From an uncultured Bacteroidales bacterium (GTDB lineage: Bacteria; Bacteroidota; Bacteroidia; Bacteroidales; VadinHA17), in NCBI GenBank assembly GCA_963736675.1, contig CAVTPT010000002.1, positions 160,358-224,357 on the forward strand: a stretch of 64,000 nucleotides of DNA. Reading direction: 5' to 3'. A program made the translations under genes and the position numbers. Numbering within the stretch: position 1 is the stretch's first letter; each line of letters starts with the position of its first letter. The notes under the pieces were generated by a model. It was given only the letters and a program-made list of their open reading frames with translations, had not been told where the DNA came from and searched no databases. This document shows, piece after piece, positions 44,443 to 55,432 of the stretch.

Positions 44443-45372
44443 ATGACAGAACCAGAAGGGGAAAAATGGATTTTCATTGTCAATCCGACAGCAGGCAACG
44501 GTTTTGCAGGAGAACTTGTTCCTGAAATCACCGCAATGATAAAAAAACACAATGTGAACGGAGAAATAGTACTCACTGAAAGGCCCGGCCACGCAACTGA
44601 ACTTGCAGAACGCTATTTAAACCAGCGATACAGCCATATCATCGGAGTGGGTGGTGACGGTACATTCAATGAGGTAGCCAGACGCCTCATAAACAGGACG
44701 GATGTTGTTACCGGTATAATCCCTGCAGGCACAGGGAACGATTTTATACAGATACTGGGATTTCCCGGCCGTTTCGGGGAAAGGGAGTGGGATATCTTTT
44801 TTTCCGGGAATATTATACCCATGGATGCAGGTACGGTCAACGGGATGATCTTTACCAACGGCATGGGCCTCGGTTTCGATGCAGAAGTCGCGGCACAGAA
44901 TTATATAGAACCGGGGAAGGTAAAGAAAGGCGGAAAACATAAATACATATGGCATATAGTCAGGACACTCCTTTTTTTCAGTGAGAAGAATATGACTGTA
45001 AAAAGTGATCATAACATCTCCGAAACCGAATGCTTCATCAATACAGTATCAATAGGAAGAAGATTTGCGGGAGGTTTCTTTCTGACTCCTGAAGCAATTG
45101 CCAATGACGGTCTTCTCGACATTTGCATGATTAAAAAGCTGAATCTTCTGCAGAGATTCCGGTTACTTCTTAAAGTTCCTGAAGGTAAACATATTACAAA
45201 CAACAAGGTCAATTATTATCACTCAACAGGACTTGAGATTGAGTTTACCGAAAAGGTACCCTTCCATGTCGATGGAGAACTGTTCTTTGCAAAAAGCTTT
45301 GATATCGGAATAATGCCCGGAGCCCTGAATATTATCTATAACCCCGATGGAAACCATTTCTTCAGAAAGTAA
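44443..45372 (+). CDS. diacylglycerol kinase-family lipid kinase (YegS-like)
   Basis: GGDGTFNEV motif and DAGK catalytic-domain layout. Confidence 0.8.
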   Translation: MTEPEGEKWIFIVNPTAGNGFAGELVPEITAMIKKHNVNGEIVLTERPGHATELAERYLNQRYSHIIGVGGDGTFNEVARRLINRTDVVTGIIPAGTGNDFIQILGFPGRFGEREWDIFFSGNIIPMDAGTVNGMIFTNGMGLGFDAEVAAQNYIEPGKVKKGGKHKYIWHIVRTLLFFSEKNMTVKSDHNISETECFINTVSIGRRFAGGFFLTPEAIANDGLLDICMIKKLNLLQRFRLLLKVPEGKHITNNKVNYYHSTGLEIEFTEKVPFHVDGELFFAKSFDIGIMPGALNIIYNPDGNHFFRK

Positions 45373-46027
45373 GAAATCATATATTGCCTTTTTTGACCTC
45401 GACAGGACGCTTATTGCTGCCAACAGCGGCAGAGCACTTGTTAACCTGGCACGTAAAAAAGGTATGATGCCGTGCACGGGTCTCATCAGGGCAATTTATC
45501 TTTCGCTCCTGTATAAGCTTGACTTAAAAGACACTGTAAAAATCCTTGGCGATATGGCAGCCTGGGTTAAAGGTCTGCCTGAAAAATCTATAATTGACCT
45601 CTCCTGCGAAGTTTCCGCTTCAGTCCTTATACCATCAATCTACAGGGAAGCATTGGCAGAGATAAATAATCACAGAGGCGAGAATGCAGCCCTGGTAATG
45701 CTCTCCTCAGCGATCCGGCCGGTTTGCAGGGAGGTTGCCGGATACCTTTATATGGACGATGTCCTCTGTTCCGACCTTGAAGTGAATGATGGATATTGCA
45801 CCGGTGGAATAGCAGGTAATTTCTGCTTCGGGGAAGAAAAAGCAATCAGACTTATAAAATATTGTGAATCAAACAACATCTCCCCTGATAAAACATGGTA
45901 TTACGGAGACTCAATATCTGATCTTCCCGCATTAAGCATAGCAGGATTCCCGGTGTGTGTGAATCCTGATAAAAAACTCCTGAAAATTGCCAGGGCAAAA
46001 GGCTGGAGGATTTTCAGGTGGGAATAG
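45347..46027 (+). CDS. HAD-IB family hydrolase
   Basis: FFDLDRTLI motif I and GDSISD motif IV. Overlaps the upstream gene by 26 nt. Confidence 0.75.
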   Translation: METISSESKKSYIAFFDLDRTLIAANSGRALVNLARKKGMMPCTGLIRAIYLSLLYKLDLKDTVKILGDMAAWVKGLPEKSIIDLSCEVSASVLIPSIYREALAEINNHRGENAALVMLSSAIRPVCREVAGYLYMDDVLCSDLEVNDGYCTGGIAGNFCFGEEKAIRLIKYCESNNISPDKTWYYGDSISDLPALSIAGFPVCVNPDKKLLKIARAKGWRIFRWE

Positions 46028-46049
46028 ATGGGGAGCACTTGAGTTTGAG

Positions 46050-46184
46050 GTAGAGCTTGAGATAGAAAGTGTTGAGGAACGAAGTGACGAAATCCCGCGA
46101 ATGCGGGAAGGTAGAGCTTGAGATAGAAAGTGTTGAGGAACGAAGTGACGAAATCCCGCGAATGCGGGAAGGTTAAGGTTGAGA
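46050..46184. repeat. 61-bp tandem repeat x2 (+ partial third), each unit containing a reverse-oriented REP-like core
   Basis: gtagagcttgagatagaaagtgttgaggaacgaagtgacgaaatcccgcgaatgcgggaag occurs at 46050-46110 and again, identical, at 46111-46171. Confidence 0.9.
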
Positions 46185-46236
46185 ATAATAAACTGTAATT
46201 TTACATTAACAGGTACTTACTTTTCAGAAAAGAAAT

Positions 46237-47424
46237 ATGGAAAGGCCACATTTAAGGACGGGCATAATAGGTTCGGGGTATGCTGCCGGTTTTCATTATA
46301 CAGCGCTCCGGCGGATTTTTTCGGTCGATATTGAAATTACCGGAGTCTTTTCCATTACTCCGGAAAGGCTCAGTCATTTCACCACACCACGTAACCTGAA
46401 ATCATATCAAACAGTAGAGGCCCTTATATCCGACAGTGATGTTATTCATGTTTGCACACCTCCCTCAAGCCATGAGGAGCTGGTGATTAAATCCCTTAAA
46501 AAAGACAAACATGTTATTGTGGAAAAACCCTTTACAGGGTATTTTGGAGATGGAAGTGATAATTTTAACGGGGATACATTCCCGCGTGAAACAGGGCTGA
46601 AACAGGCTCTTGAAAGTGTCAGCAGAATGCTTGAAGCCGAAAAGAAGAGCCGTGGAAAAATTATGTATGCCGAAAACTGGATCTATGCCCCTTCAGTCGT
46701 CAAGGAAAGGGATATCATTGAAAAGACCGGATGTCAGATTCTGTGGATGCATGGAGAAGAATCCCACTCGGGATCGCATTCTGCTGCATATGGCCATTGG
46801 AAATATTCCGGGGGAGGATCCATGATAGGAAAAGGCTGCCATCCTCTGTCTGCAGCTCTTTACTTCAAGCAGGTTGAAGGCACTAAACGGTACGGGAAAC
46901 CTGTAAGGCCGGCCACAGTCACAGCACGTACCCATGCCATGACCCGTATGAAAAACTTTGCTGACGACGGACATCTGAGGACAACATACACCGATATTGA
47001 GGATTTTGCCCTGCTTCATATAGTATTTGATGACGGGACCTTTGCAGACATCTTTGCCAGCGAGCTGGTAATGGGAGGAGTCCATAACTGGATAGAGGTG
47101 AATACCAGCAATCACAGGACTATCTGCAATATCAGTCCGAATAACTCAATGCAGGCATACACACCCGACGGCAGACATTTTAATGATGTGTATCTGGTAG
47201 AAAAGACGGAGACTAAAGAGGGATGGTCATCTGTTTCACCCGATGAAAGTTGGTTTACCGGATACCAGCACGAAATGGAAGCATTCTACCGGGCAGCTGC
47301 CTTTGACGAACCGGTTGAAAGCGGAAGCATTCTTGCAGCAGATGTAATTGCTACAATATATGCAGGTTATCTTTCGGCTGAAAAGAGAGGTACTGAGGTT
47401 CCGGTCACCCTGTTTCCAGGTTGA
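46237..47424 (+). CDS. Gfo/Idh/MocA family oxidoreductase (cytoplasmic)
   Basis: GIIGSGYAA Rossmann start and an EKP motif. Confidence 0.8.
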   Translation: MERPHLRTGIIGSGYAAGFHYTALRRIFSVDIEITGVFSITPERLSHFTTPRNLKSYQTVEALISDSDVIHVCTPPSSHEELVIKSLKKDKHVIVEKPFTGYFGDGSDNFNGDTFPRETGLKQALESVSRMLEAEKKSRGKIMYAENWIYAPSVVKERDIIEKTGCQILWMHGEESHSGSHSAAYGHWKYSGGGSMIGKGCHPLSAALYFKQVEGTKRYGKPVRPATVTARTHAMTRMKNFADDGHLRTTYTDIEDFALLHIVFDDGTFADIFASELVMGGVHNWIEVNTSNHRTICNISPNNSMQAYTPDGRHFNDVYLVEKTETKEGWSSVSPDESWFTGYQHEMEAFYRAAAFDEPVESGSILAADVIATIYAGYLSAEKRGTEVPVTLFPG

Positions 47425-47456
47425 CCAGAGGAACCTTCATCAGGGCAGGAAAATTT

Positions 47457-47927
47457 TCAGAAAATATATCTTATAGAAAATGCACCTCCGTCACCCCAGA
47501 ATCCTGAGTATCCAACAATGTTAAAAGCCGGTTTCCAGTCAAGGCTCAGGTTTATAGGTAATTCTTTAAAATTGTACTCAATACCAAGAATACCATCTAC
47601 TCCTATAACAGTGTAATTTGATCCTTCATCTCCCCATCCGGCATAGTCTCCGTTCCAGAATCCCAAATGCCCACCGACACCGTAATACCAGTTTAGCCTG
47701 TCAACATCAAAAGCCGTGTTATGTATTTCATACAAGCCGGTAATCTCAAGACCTCTCCACCGGGAAGCAATAATACCTTCAAATGCCGATCTCTCATTCA
47801 GGAAATGTTTAACGGTTATACCATTTGCGAAGCCACCTCTGAATCCGATGCCGGTGTTGTAATCCTGTGCATTTACAAATACAAAAACACAAATTGAAAG
47901 TACTAATGTTAAGACGATTTTTTTCAT
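47457..47927 (-). CDS. small outer-membrane beta-barrel protein
   Basis: Signal peptide, alternating aromatic/Gly beta-strand pattern, terminal F. Confidence 0.6.
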   Translation of the reverse strand: MKKIVLTLVLSICVFVFVNAQDYNTGIGFRGGFANGITVKHFLNERSAFEGIIASRWRGLEITGLYEIHNTAFDVDRLNWYYGVGGHLGFWNGDYAGWGDEGSNYTVIGVDGILGIEYNFKELPINLSLDWKPAFNIVGYSGFWGDGGAFSIRYIF

Positions 47928-48199
47928 TACAGATAATTTATGGATTATTTACAAATCTACCTATTTAACAGTTCAAAAGAAACAAATGTTCATAATTACC
48001 ATCTCACTTTATTGCTTTGTCTGAAAATGCAGAAATGAACCACAGTTCGTTCTTTGCGTCACAGTCAGTTCAATAAATGATGCCATGATTTTATAAAACG
48101 GGAGGCCGGAATTTTTATTTTGTGTATCTTTAAGAATTGAACCTGACGGATATCTTAACAGAATTATCCCAGCGCTTAACCAGGAATTTTTTATGTTAC

Positions 48200-48291
48200 G
48201 GAATCCACATGTTATTTCAGACACAAACACGAATAAGTATTATTTACAGCCGGGCCCTGGCGAGCCCGCCGGGGTCACACATGTGTAATCC
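48200..48291. repeat. conserved hairpin element, copy C (with a GC-rich insertion in the loop)
   Basis: 48200-48212 (ggaatccacatgt) pairs with 48279-48291 (acatgtgtaatcc). The loop begins with the conserved cagacacaaacacg and contains an extra cgggc...gcccg mini-hairpin. Confidence 0.5.
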
Positions 48292-48340
48292 CTATGCTTA
48301 TGCGGGACAGCTGTGATACCTTTAATATCAAAACTATATT

Positions 48341-49810
48341 ATGATGAAAAAACTTAAAATTCTGTCGAAAGTTGCATTTCTGCTTTCACTGATGCTGTTT
48401 TTTTCAGATTGTGCAATAAATCCGGTAACAGGGAAAAAGCAGTTAATGCTTATGTCGGAAGAACAGGAAGTTGCCATGGGGCTTCAGTACGATCCTCAGG
48501 TCATTGCTACCTTCGGGGAGTATAAAAAGGATGACCTTCAACGTTTTCTTCAGCAGAAAGGTAATGAGATGGGGTTGATCTCTCATCGGTCAAAGCTTCA
48601 ATACCATGTAAAAATCCTTGACTCCCCTGTTGTCAACGCTTTTGCTGTTCCCGGAGGTTATATTTACCTTACCCGGGGAATTCTGGCTCAGCTCAATAAT
48701 GAAGCTGAGATGCTGGGTGTCCTGGGGCATGAGATGGGTCATATTACTGCCCGCCATTCGGTAAGCCAGCAAAGCAAGCAGCAGCTGGGAACCCTGATAC
48801 TGATAGGAGGGCTTATTGTCTCAAAAGATTTACAGCAGTATGCCGATTATGCAATGCAGGGAATGCAGCTGCTGTTTCTTAAATTCAGCCGCGACGATGA
48901 GGTTCAGGCCGACCGGCTTGGTGTTGAATACTCTTCAAAAGTAGGTTATGATGCACATAAGATGGCTGACTTCTTCCAGGTCCTGAATAAAATGAATATG
49001 GCCAGCGAACAGGCTGGCGTCCCTACTTTCCTTTCAACCCATCCCGATCCGGGCGATCGTTACAATACAGTAAACCAGAGAGCAACAGAATGGCAACAAA
49101 AACTACAGCTGCCCGAATACAAAGTTAATGCTGACAGCTATCTTCAGATGATTGACGGCATTGTGTACGGAGAGGATCCCAGGCAGGGTTTTATAGAGAA
49201 CAATGTATTTTATCACCCTGACCTTCAGTTCAGATTCTCATATCCGGGCGGATGGCAGCTCGAAAACCAGCCTGCCCAGGTAAGAATGGCTCCTACCGAC
49301 GGAAAGGCTCTTATGATATTCACCCTTGCTTCAGGCAATTCACTTGAGGAAGCAGCCCAAAGTACAATTGATCAGCTTGGGATCACTGTTCAGGAAAGCA
49401 AAAAAACGACTGTTAACGGGATGCCGGCAATAGCAGCTATTTCGACACAGGTCTCACAGGATCAGTCAACAGGTGCCCAGCAGACAATACGTGTCCTCTC
49501 CTACTTCATAAGCTATAATAAAAACTATTTTGTTTTCCACGGGCTCTCTTCCGATGCTGACTTTAACAGCTATTCCCGGCTCTTTGAATCATCAATGACA
49601 ACTTTCTCAAAGCTGACCGACCCTTCAAAACTGAATGTAAAACAGAAGAGGATAATTGTAAGAAAAGTTCAGAAAACTGGAACACTGGCAAATGCTTTCA
49701 CCTATTACAGGGTACCCCAGGGTATAATGGCTGAAATGGCCCTTCTCAACAATCTGGAACTTACCGATCAGGTACCGGCAGGTAAACTGATAAAAGTTGT
49801 CGGGGAATAA
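48341..49810 (+). CDS. M48 family zinc metalloprotease (lipoprotein)
   Basis: HEMGH zinc motif (GVLGHEMGHITARH). Lipobox FFSDC. Confidence 0.85.
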   Translation: MMKKLKILSKVAFLLSLMLFFSDCAINPVTGKKQLMLMSEEQEVAMGLQYDPQVIATFGEYKKDDLQRFLQQKGNEMGLISHRSKLQYHVKILDSPVVNAFAVPGGYIYLTRGILAQLNNEAEMLGVLGHEMGHITARHSVSQQSKQQLGTLILIGGLIVSKDLQQYADYAMQGMQLLFLKFSRDDEVQADRLGVEYSSKVGYDAHKMADFFQVLNKMNMASEQAGVPTFLSTHPDPGDRYNTVNQRATEWQQKLQLPEYKVNADSYLQMIDGIVYGEDPRQGFIENNVFYHPDLQFRFSYPGGWQLENQPAQVRMAPTDGKALMIFTLASGNSLEEAAQSTIDQLGITVQESKKTTVNGMPAIAAISTQVSQDQSTGAQQTIRVLSYFISYNKNYFVFHGLSSDADFNSYSRLFESSMTTFSKLTDPSKLNVKQKRIIVRKVQKTGTLANAFTYYRVPQGIMAEMALLNNLELTDQVPAGKLIKVVGE

Positions 49811-49998
49811 AGAGTACTGCCGGCTGATTGTATCTGTTGGCCCTCACTATTTAGAGGTGGGTTCTCACATTGCGCCGTGAAATCTATGTGACCGTCAGAA
49901 ACGAAATTATTTACACAGGAAACAAAATTTCATCATATGTTCATCTTTACATATGTACTTTTGAATTGTAAATAATTAATAATTCAAATAGTAGTAAT

Positions 49999-50406
49999 AT
50001 GAAAAGGACAATTTTTTTATCTGCCATCGCACTTCTGATAAGTGCAGGCATCTCGGCACAGACCGTCAGTCAGACGCAGGATCAGACTCAGAATCAGGTT
50101 CAGACACAGGCTCAGACAGGTGATCAGTTACGGTCACAGGTTCAGGCCGGGGATATGATTCAGAAACGTACAAGAGCCCATGTGAATCTTCAGGATCAGA
50201 CCGGAACTCAGGACCAGCTGCAAAAAAGGGACCGGATACGTTTACACGATCCCTCACAGGCAATGTCACAATCAGGGAACCAACAGGCCAGGACACGTTT
50301 AAAAGATGCATCATGCGTAAACAGGGCGACAGCAAATGCCGGAATGCGAAACAGCGCAATGCAACGCAGCATGAGAAGCTCTTCAATGTCAGGAGGAAGA
50401 AGGTAG
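49999..50406 (+). CDS. secreted low-complexity Gln/Thr/Arg-rich protein (hypothetical)
   Basis: Signal peptide then QTQDQTQNQVQTQAQTGDQ repeats. Followed by a strong terminator. Confidence 0.4.
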   Translation: MKRTIFLSAIALLISAGISAQTVSQTQDQTQNQVQTQAQTGDQLRSQVQAGDMIQKRTRAHVNLQDQTGTQDQLQKRDRIRLHDPSQAMSQSGNQQARTRLKDASCVNRATANAGMRNSAMQRSMRSSSMSGGRR

Positions 50407-50430
50407 AAGAATAACATAATTCAAAAAATT

Positions 50431-50476
50431 CAGGGGGGCTGTCTTAAATTTAAAAAGAGACAGCCCCCTGTTTTTT
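50431..50476 (+). terminator. rho-independent terminator
   Basis: caggggggctgtct ... agacagccccctg stem (one bulge) followed by TTTTTT. Confidence 0.8.
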
Positions 50477-50644
50477 ATAACATTAATAACACCGGAAATC
50501 ATTTTACTACAGCGAAGCTCATGAAACCTGTAATATGATATATTCGCATATAGATATTATTGTATATCGGGAAAATATAATTAAAATTACCTTCCATTAA
50601 AATTACTGATCGCCTTTGTTTACAAATTCAAATAAAAAGAAATC

Positions 50645-52162
50645 ATGAACATTAAAAATCTGTTATTAATAGTCCTGCTGATCTCCCTTTTTTATGAGCC
50701 TTCAGCCGGTCAGAGAATTGGATTATTTACCGGAACTTCGGGAATAGGTGATGTAAAGATAGCCGGCGCTGCTGCCTTTGATGACGACAAACAGGTTTTT
50801 ACCATTTCGGGGGCAGGTTCAGGTACCGGTGGCCAGAAAGATGAATTACAGTATGTCTATCGTAAGCTTACAGGTAATTTTATTCTCAGGGCAAATATGA
50901 AGTTTCAGGGAGTTGAAGGGGCTCCTGAAAAAAAGATAGGATGGATGATAAGACATAGTCTTGAGGCAAATTCGCCGGCTGCTCTGGCGACCGTTCAGGG
51001 CGATGGGAAGGCATTTTTACAATTCAGGGAACTTCCTTCGCTTGACATGGAGTCAAAACTTCTGCCGGTAACAGGTGCTGATGTTATACAACTTGAAAGA
51101 AGGGGGAACTCGATCATTATGTCGGCAGCCATAATGGGAGAAAGATTTTTTGAGGAGCAGGTAACCGGAATTGATCTGGGAGATGAAGTTTATATTGGAT
51201 TATTTGTTTGTTCTGCCAGTAATGAAGCTTCTGAAAAAGCCACTTTCAAAAATGTCAGGGTGATTATTCCTCCCAAAGAAGGATATCAGCCTTACCGCGA
51301 CTATATCGGAAGCCATATAGAAGTTATGGATATCGGAACAGGAGACCGCAGAATAGTATACACTGCCCCCAACTCACTTCAGGCTCCAAACTGGATGATA
51401 GATCCGAACATTTTCACCATAAACAGCGATGGTGTTTTGTATGATTTTGACCTTCGTACAGGGAAACCGTCAAGGATAGAGACAGGAGCAGCAATAAACA
51501 ACAATAACGATCATGTAATTTCCTTCGACGGGAAAAAGATGGGAATCAGCAGTTCGACAAAAGAGGAAAGGCAGTCGGTCATTTTCACAATACCACGACA
51601 GGGAGGAGAAGCTAAGAGGGTCACTGCACTGAGTCCCTCCTATCTTCACGGGTGGTCGCCCGATGGGAAATACCTTGTGTACACAGCCGTAAGAAATGAT
51701 AACTGGGGTATATACAGGATCTCCGAAAAAGGCGGACAGGAAACTGTTCTTACAGACGTTAAAGGACTGAATGACGGACCTGAATATTCCCGCGACGGAA
51801 AATATATCTACTTCAACTCCGACCGGACCGGGACAAGCCAGATATGGCGGATGACACCCGACGGTAAAAATCCCGTACAACTGACATTTGACGAACTTAA
51901 TAACTGGTTTCCGCATATCTCACCCGACGGAAAGTGGATAGTGTTCATTTCGTTTCCCCGGTCTGTACCATCAGGAGACCATCCTTTCTACAAACACGTA
52001 TATATCAGGCTTGTTCCTGTTACAGGCGGTGAAGCCAGGATAGTTGCATATGTTTACGGCGGACAGGGGACAATGAATGTTCCAAACTGGTCGCCCGATA
52101 GTAAAAGTATAGCCTTTGTCAGCAACAGCGATTTCCTCGACTATCAGGCTCCCCGGGAATAA
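50645..52162 (+). CDS. secreted ConA/LamG-like + TolB-type PD40 beta-propeller protein (paralog of 42033-43559)
   Basis: Colinear shared motifs: NNNDH, NNWFPHISPDGKW, YGGQGT.NVP.WSPDS..IAFVSNS. Confidence 0.55.
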   Translation: MNIKNLLLIVLLISLFYEPSAGQRIGLFTGTSGIGDVKIAGAAAFDDDKQVFTISGAGSGTGGQKDELQYVYRKLTGNFILRANMKFQGVEGAPEKKIGWMIRHSLEANSPAALATVQGDGKAFLQFRELPSLDMESKLLPVTGADVIQLERRGNSIIMSAAIMGERFFEEQVTGIDLGDEVYIGLFVCSASNEASEKATFKNVRVIIPPKEGYQPYRDYIGSHIEVMDIGTGDRRIVYTAPNSLQAPNWMIDPNIFTINSDGVLYDFDLRTGKPSRIETGAAINNNNDHVISFDGKKMGISSSTKEERQSVIFTIPRQGGEAKRVTALSPSYLHGWSPDGKYLVYTAVRNDNWGIYRISEKGGQETVLTDVKGLNDGPEYSRDGKYIYFNSDRTGTSQIWRMTPDGKNPVQLTFDELNNWFPHISPDGKWIVFISFPRSVPSGDHPFYKHVYIRLVPVTGGEARIVAYVYGGQGTMNVPNWSPDSKSIAFVSNSDFLDYQAPRE

Positions 52163-52191
52163 AGCAAAAAGCCTGTTCCCGGGCGTTTCAG

Positions 52192-53187
52192 TTATTCTGC
52201 AAGCCTGAATGCCAGTTTGACAGCATTTATCATGCTGTGTTCATCTGCTTTTCCCTGCCATGCAATTTCAAAGGCAGTACCATGATCAACAGAGGTCCTG
52301 ATAACAGGCAGCCCTACCGTAATATTCACACCACTTCTGAATCCCAGAATTTTAAGTGGTATATGACCCTGATCGTGATACATTGCCACGACTACATCAT
52401 ATTTGCCCTGGACTGCCTGAAGGAATACCGTATCAGGCGGTAAAGGCCCGGAAACATCGATTCCTTTCAGTTTCATGTTGCTGACGGCCGGAGCTATCTG
52501 AAGAAGCTCTTCGTTGCCAAACAGTCCGTTCTCACCGGCATGCGGATTAATGCCCGCAACAGCAATCCTGGGCTTTGCGCCCTTTATTCTTGTCATTGCA
52601 TCGTTAGCCAGGGAGATCACCTTTTCGATCCGTTCTCTTTTCAAGCCTGTCACTGCTTCGAAAAGTGAACAATGTGTCGATACATGGATGACACTAAGTT
52701 TTTTGTCGTATAACAGCATGGCATAATCCTTCGTTCCTGTCAGCGAAGCCAGTATCTCGGTATGACCCGGATAATTTTTCCCGGCCAGGTGCAGGGCTTC
52801 CTTGTTAAGAGGCGCTGTAACAATAGCATCAATAAGCTTTTTCTGGGTGAGTTCAACCGCCTTTTTAACTGATTCAAATGCAGCAGCTCCGGAAGAGGCC
52901 ATCACAACTCCTGAGCGGAATAATTTTACATCAACCAGCTGAAGATCCAGTACATTCAAAATGGCTGGTTTAAATTCACACTCCCCGGGATCACTAACTC
53001 TCCTGAGGGTAAATGTTTCTGTCTTCAACAGACCGGCAGCTTTCTGCATAATGCCAAAATCGCCAATCACCAATAGCTGCATGTTCCGGATCTCTTTTCT
53101 TTCAAAGCTTTTTAAAATTATTTCCGGTCCTATCCCTGAAGGATCGCCCATTGTTACTCCTATGATCTTTTTTCTCCTTCCTTTCAT
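52192..53187 (-). CDS. PdxA-family dehydrogenase (PdxA2-like 4-phospho-tetronate dehydrogenase by context)
   Basis: [10 protein letters not shown] motif and the HAGENG / DHGTAF pattern of the PdxA family. 4-nt overlap with the upstream kinase fusion. Confidence 0.8.
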   Translation of the reverse strand: MKGRRKKIIGVTMGDPSGIGPEIILKSFERKEIRNMQLLVIGDFGIMQKAAGLLKTETFTLRRVSDPGECEFKPAILNVLDLQLVDVKLFRSGVVMASSGAAAFESVKKAVELTQKKLIDAIVTAPLNKEALHLAGKNYPGHTEILASLTGTKDYAMLLYDKKLSVIHVSTHCSLFEAVTGLKRERIEKVISLANDAMTRIKGAKPRIAVAGINPHAGENGLFGNEELLQIAPAVSNMKLKGIDVSGPLPPDTVFLQAVQGKYDVVVAMYHDQGHIPLKILGFRSGVNITVGLPVIRTSVDHGTAFEIAWQGKADEHSMINAVKLAFRLAE

Positions 53188-55415
53188 TTTTTGCCTTTTT
53201 TAAGAAACAGTAAAACTTTATGGAGTGCCTCTTCATTTCCGAACCCTCCTGCTTTTGTTACAACTATCAAATCTCTGTAACGGTCATCGGCATACCTGCC
53301 GGATGGTATCCCGGGGAGGATTTCATTCTCAATAATGGTCCCGGTAATATTAAGCGATCGTGCCGTTTTAATGGCAGTGTCTCCGCCGGTAAGCAACACA
53401 CTGTTGATCTGAAGATCTCTGATGGAAGATGCTGCAATTTCTCCTATGAAAATGGCTATCGCTTCGCTTACATGGTACCTGTCAAGTCCCAGCCGGAGGC
53501 CCTTCTCAAAACAGGCTGTCACCTCAGCCGGGTCAGACGCACTTCTGATAATGATATCCTCACCCCTGGAACATAAGTCCCTGGTTATTCTGAGGATCCT
53601 CTCCCGCTCCTCCTTTTTGCTCTTCTCACCTGAAAACAGTTTGAGGGTATCGATGTCGATCAGATTTATTTCCGAATTGTTCTTTACGTATTCTATTTGT
53701 TGCCTGGTAATTTCGCTCACGCTACCCGCGATTATAAGATTGCTTTTTTTACTCTTTTCAAGGTTAAGATGATCCGGAAGATAATCTGCCAGACCTGAGG
53801 AACCGGCATAAAGGAACCTCTCATCAAGAGAGGTAACTGCAGAAGCGATAATATCAAGATCTTCCGTCTCCTGAACATCTGCTACAAAAATATGAACTCC
53901 ATTTTTGATATGCTGCCTGATCACTTTTTGAAGATTTTCTTTACCTGCGCGCACTTCGCTGTAACTGACAACCGCCGTCTTCCTGTTCGTCTGAGCTGAA
54001 ATTACTGCAGGAATATATGATTCTTTAACGGGTGTTTTTGGATCCCTCCCTGTCTCTGTCTCTTCAAGCAGGACTCCTTTTACATAAAGTGAACCATCAA
54101 GTATCGTACGTCCATATTCAGGCAGGGCCGGAACAACAACAGCATAACTTATGTCCATGGAGTCCATCAGTCCTGATATTTCAGCGCCAATATTACCACG
54201 AAGGGTTGAATCAATTTTTTTATAAATACATTTTAATTTCTTATCCTTTAAAGCTCTCCCGGTTTCATACACTTTGCGGTATGCAGTGTCGCGGTCGTCT
54301 GACCTGCTCTCTGTGTCAACCACCAGCACGTCATAACCGGCAAGCGATCTCTCTATATTCTTAATGTCGGTGATCACGATACTGCTCAGGTCCCTTTTGC
54401 TGAACTGAACAGCTGTGTCGCCTGCTCCTGTCAGATCGTCAGCAACGATAACGATCTTGTTACCGGTTTCAAATTCAGGTTGTTCCTGAACAGTTTTGCT
54501 GGTCCTTTTCCTTCTTCCTGCAATAAATGTTGTGAGCAACGGGGTAAGGATAGCTGTTGTTATAGTTGAGGCAGCTATCTGTGGGGCAGCTATTTGGGCC
54601 AAAGCTGCGAAGGAAGGATCGGTCATGGCGACAGCCGAAGGTGTGGCAACCGCATTCCCGGCAGTACTTGATGCCGCAGCTCCTGCTACTCCACTTCCAC
54701 CTGTCGAGATATCTGCCAAAATGTTAAAGATACCGCCGATGAAAGTTGTCATTACGCCAAGAACGATTCCCGCCAATCCGGCTACCAATAGCATTTTGAG
54801 ATCAATGCCTGTCCCCAGTGCAAATGCAAAGAAGGGGATCAGAACAGGTCCTCCCGACATAAGGAATTTCTTCATCTCACCGTCAAGGTTCCCAAGGATC
54901 ATTCCTATGACAATAGGTATGAGTACTCCGATAAGACTGTTCAGGGGAATGGTTGCAATTCCTGCTGCTCCCAGAGCGATCATGGTAAGAAAAGGACCAT
55001 CATTCAAAGACAGGATGGCAATTGCTCCAACATCTGTCTCATCGCCCATTTCACCGACAAGTGCAGCATATAGGCCTCCGTTGCTGTTTGTCATTGCAGC
55101 AATTACCGCCAGCGATGAGAGTCCCAACCAGCCTGCCCTGGATATAACAAGACCTAGGGCTACTCCTACTATAAACTTTGTAAAGGTAATCACAGCTCCC
55201 TTCTTCAGTGCCCTGGGCGCTGCCCTTAAGCTTATACCAGCCCCCATACAAACCAGAAAAACTCCTATCAGTGCTGACGATCCTGTTGCAATGGCAGTTG
55301 TAAATCCACCTATCTTCAGTGCCTGCGGAGAAACTGTGTTTATCAGAGCGCCAACTATCAGGGGAAGTATCATCATCCCTCCCGGAATCCTTTCAATACT
55401 CTTTTTCAGGTTCAT
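53184..55415 (-). CDS. fusion protein: KdgT-type 2-keto-3-deoxygluconate permease (N, about 320 aa) + DUF1537 four-carbon acid-sugar kinase (C, about 420 aa)
   Basis: The N-terminus [23 protein letters not shown] matches the KdgT family start and multiple TM segments follow. After a basic linker (GRRKRTSK), [17 protein letters not shown] is the DUF1537 N-terminal signature. Confidence 0.75.
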   Translation of the reverse strand: MNLKKSIERIPGGMMILPLIVGALINTVSPQALKIGGFTTAIATGSSALIGVFLVCMGAGISLRAAPRALKKGAVITFTKFIVGVALGLVISRAGWLGLSSLAVIAAMTNSNGGLYAALVGEMGDETDVGAIAILSLNDGPFLTMIALGAAGIATIPLNSLIGVLIPIVIGMILGNLDGEMKKFLMSGGPVLIPFFAFALGTGIDLKMLLVAGLAGIVLGVMTTFIGGIFNILADISTGGSGVAGAAASSTAGNAVATPSAVAMTDPSFAALAQIAAPQIAASTITTAILTPLLTTFIAGRRKRTSKTVQEQPEFETGNKIVIVADDLTGAGDTAVQFSKRDLSSIVITDIKNIERSLAGYDVLVVDTESRSDDRDTAYRKVYETGRALKDKKLKCIYKKIDSTLRGNIGAEISGLMDSMDISYAVVVPALPEYGRTILDGSLYVKGVLLEETETGRDPKTPVKESYIPAVISAQTNRKTAVVSYSEVRAGKENLQKVIRQHIKNGVHIFVADVQETEDLDIIASAVTSLDERFLYAGSSGLADYLPDHLNLEKSKKSNLIIAGSVSEITRQQIEYVKNNSEINLIDIDTLKLFSGEKSKKEERERILRITRDLCSRGEDIIIRSASDPAEVTACFEKGLRLGLDRYHVSEAIAIFIGEIAASSIRDLQINSVLLTGGDTAIKTARSLNITGTIIENEILPGIPSGRYADDRYRDLIVVTKAGGFGNEEALHKVLLFLKKGKK

Positions 55416-55432
55416 CAGTTAAGAAATTTTTG

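Noticed and set aside
48009-48230. 73-aa minus-strand ORF in the 47928-48340 intergenic region
   Set aside because: It has no motif, overlaps hairpin element copy C, and its composition is typical of non-coding AT-rich sequence.
54496-55422. 308-aa ORF on the plus strand, antisense to the KdgT portion of the fusion gene
   Set aside because: It lies entirely within a well-supported minus-strand membrane-protein gene. Its Ala/Pro/Ile-rich product is typical of an antisense frame of a hydrophobic coding region.
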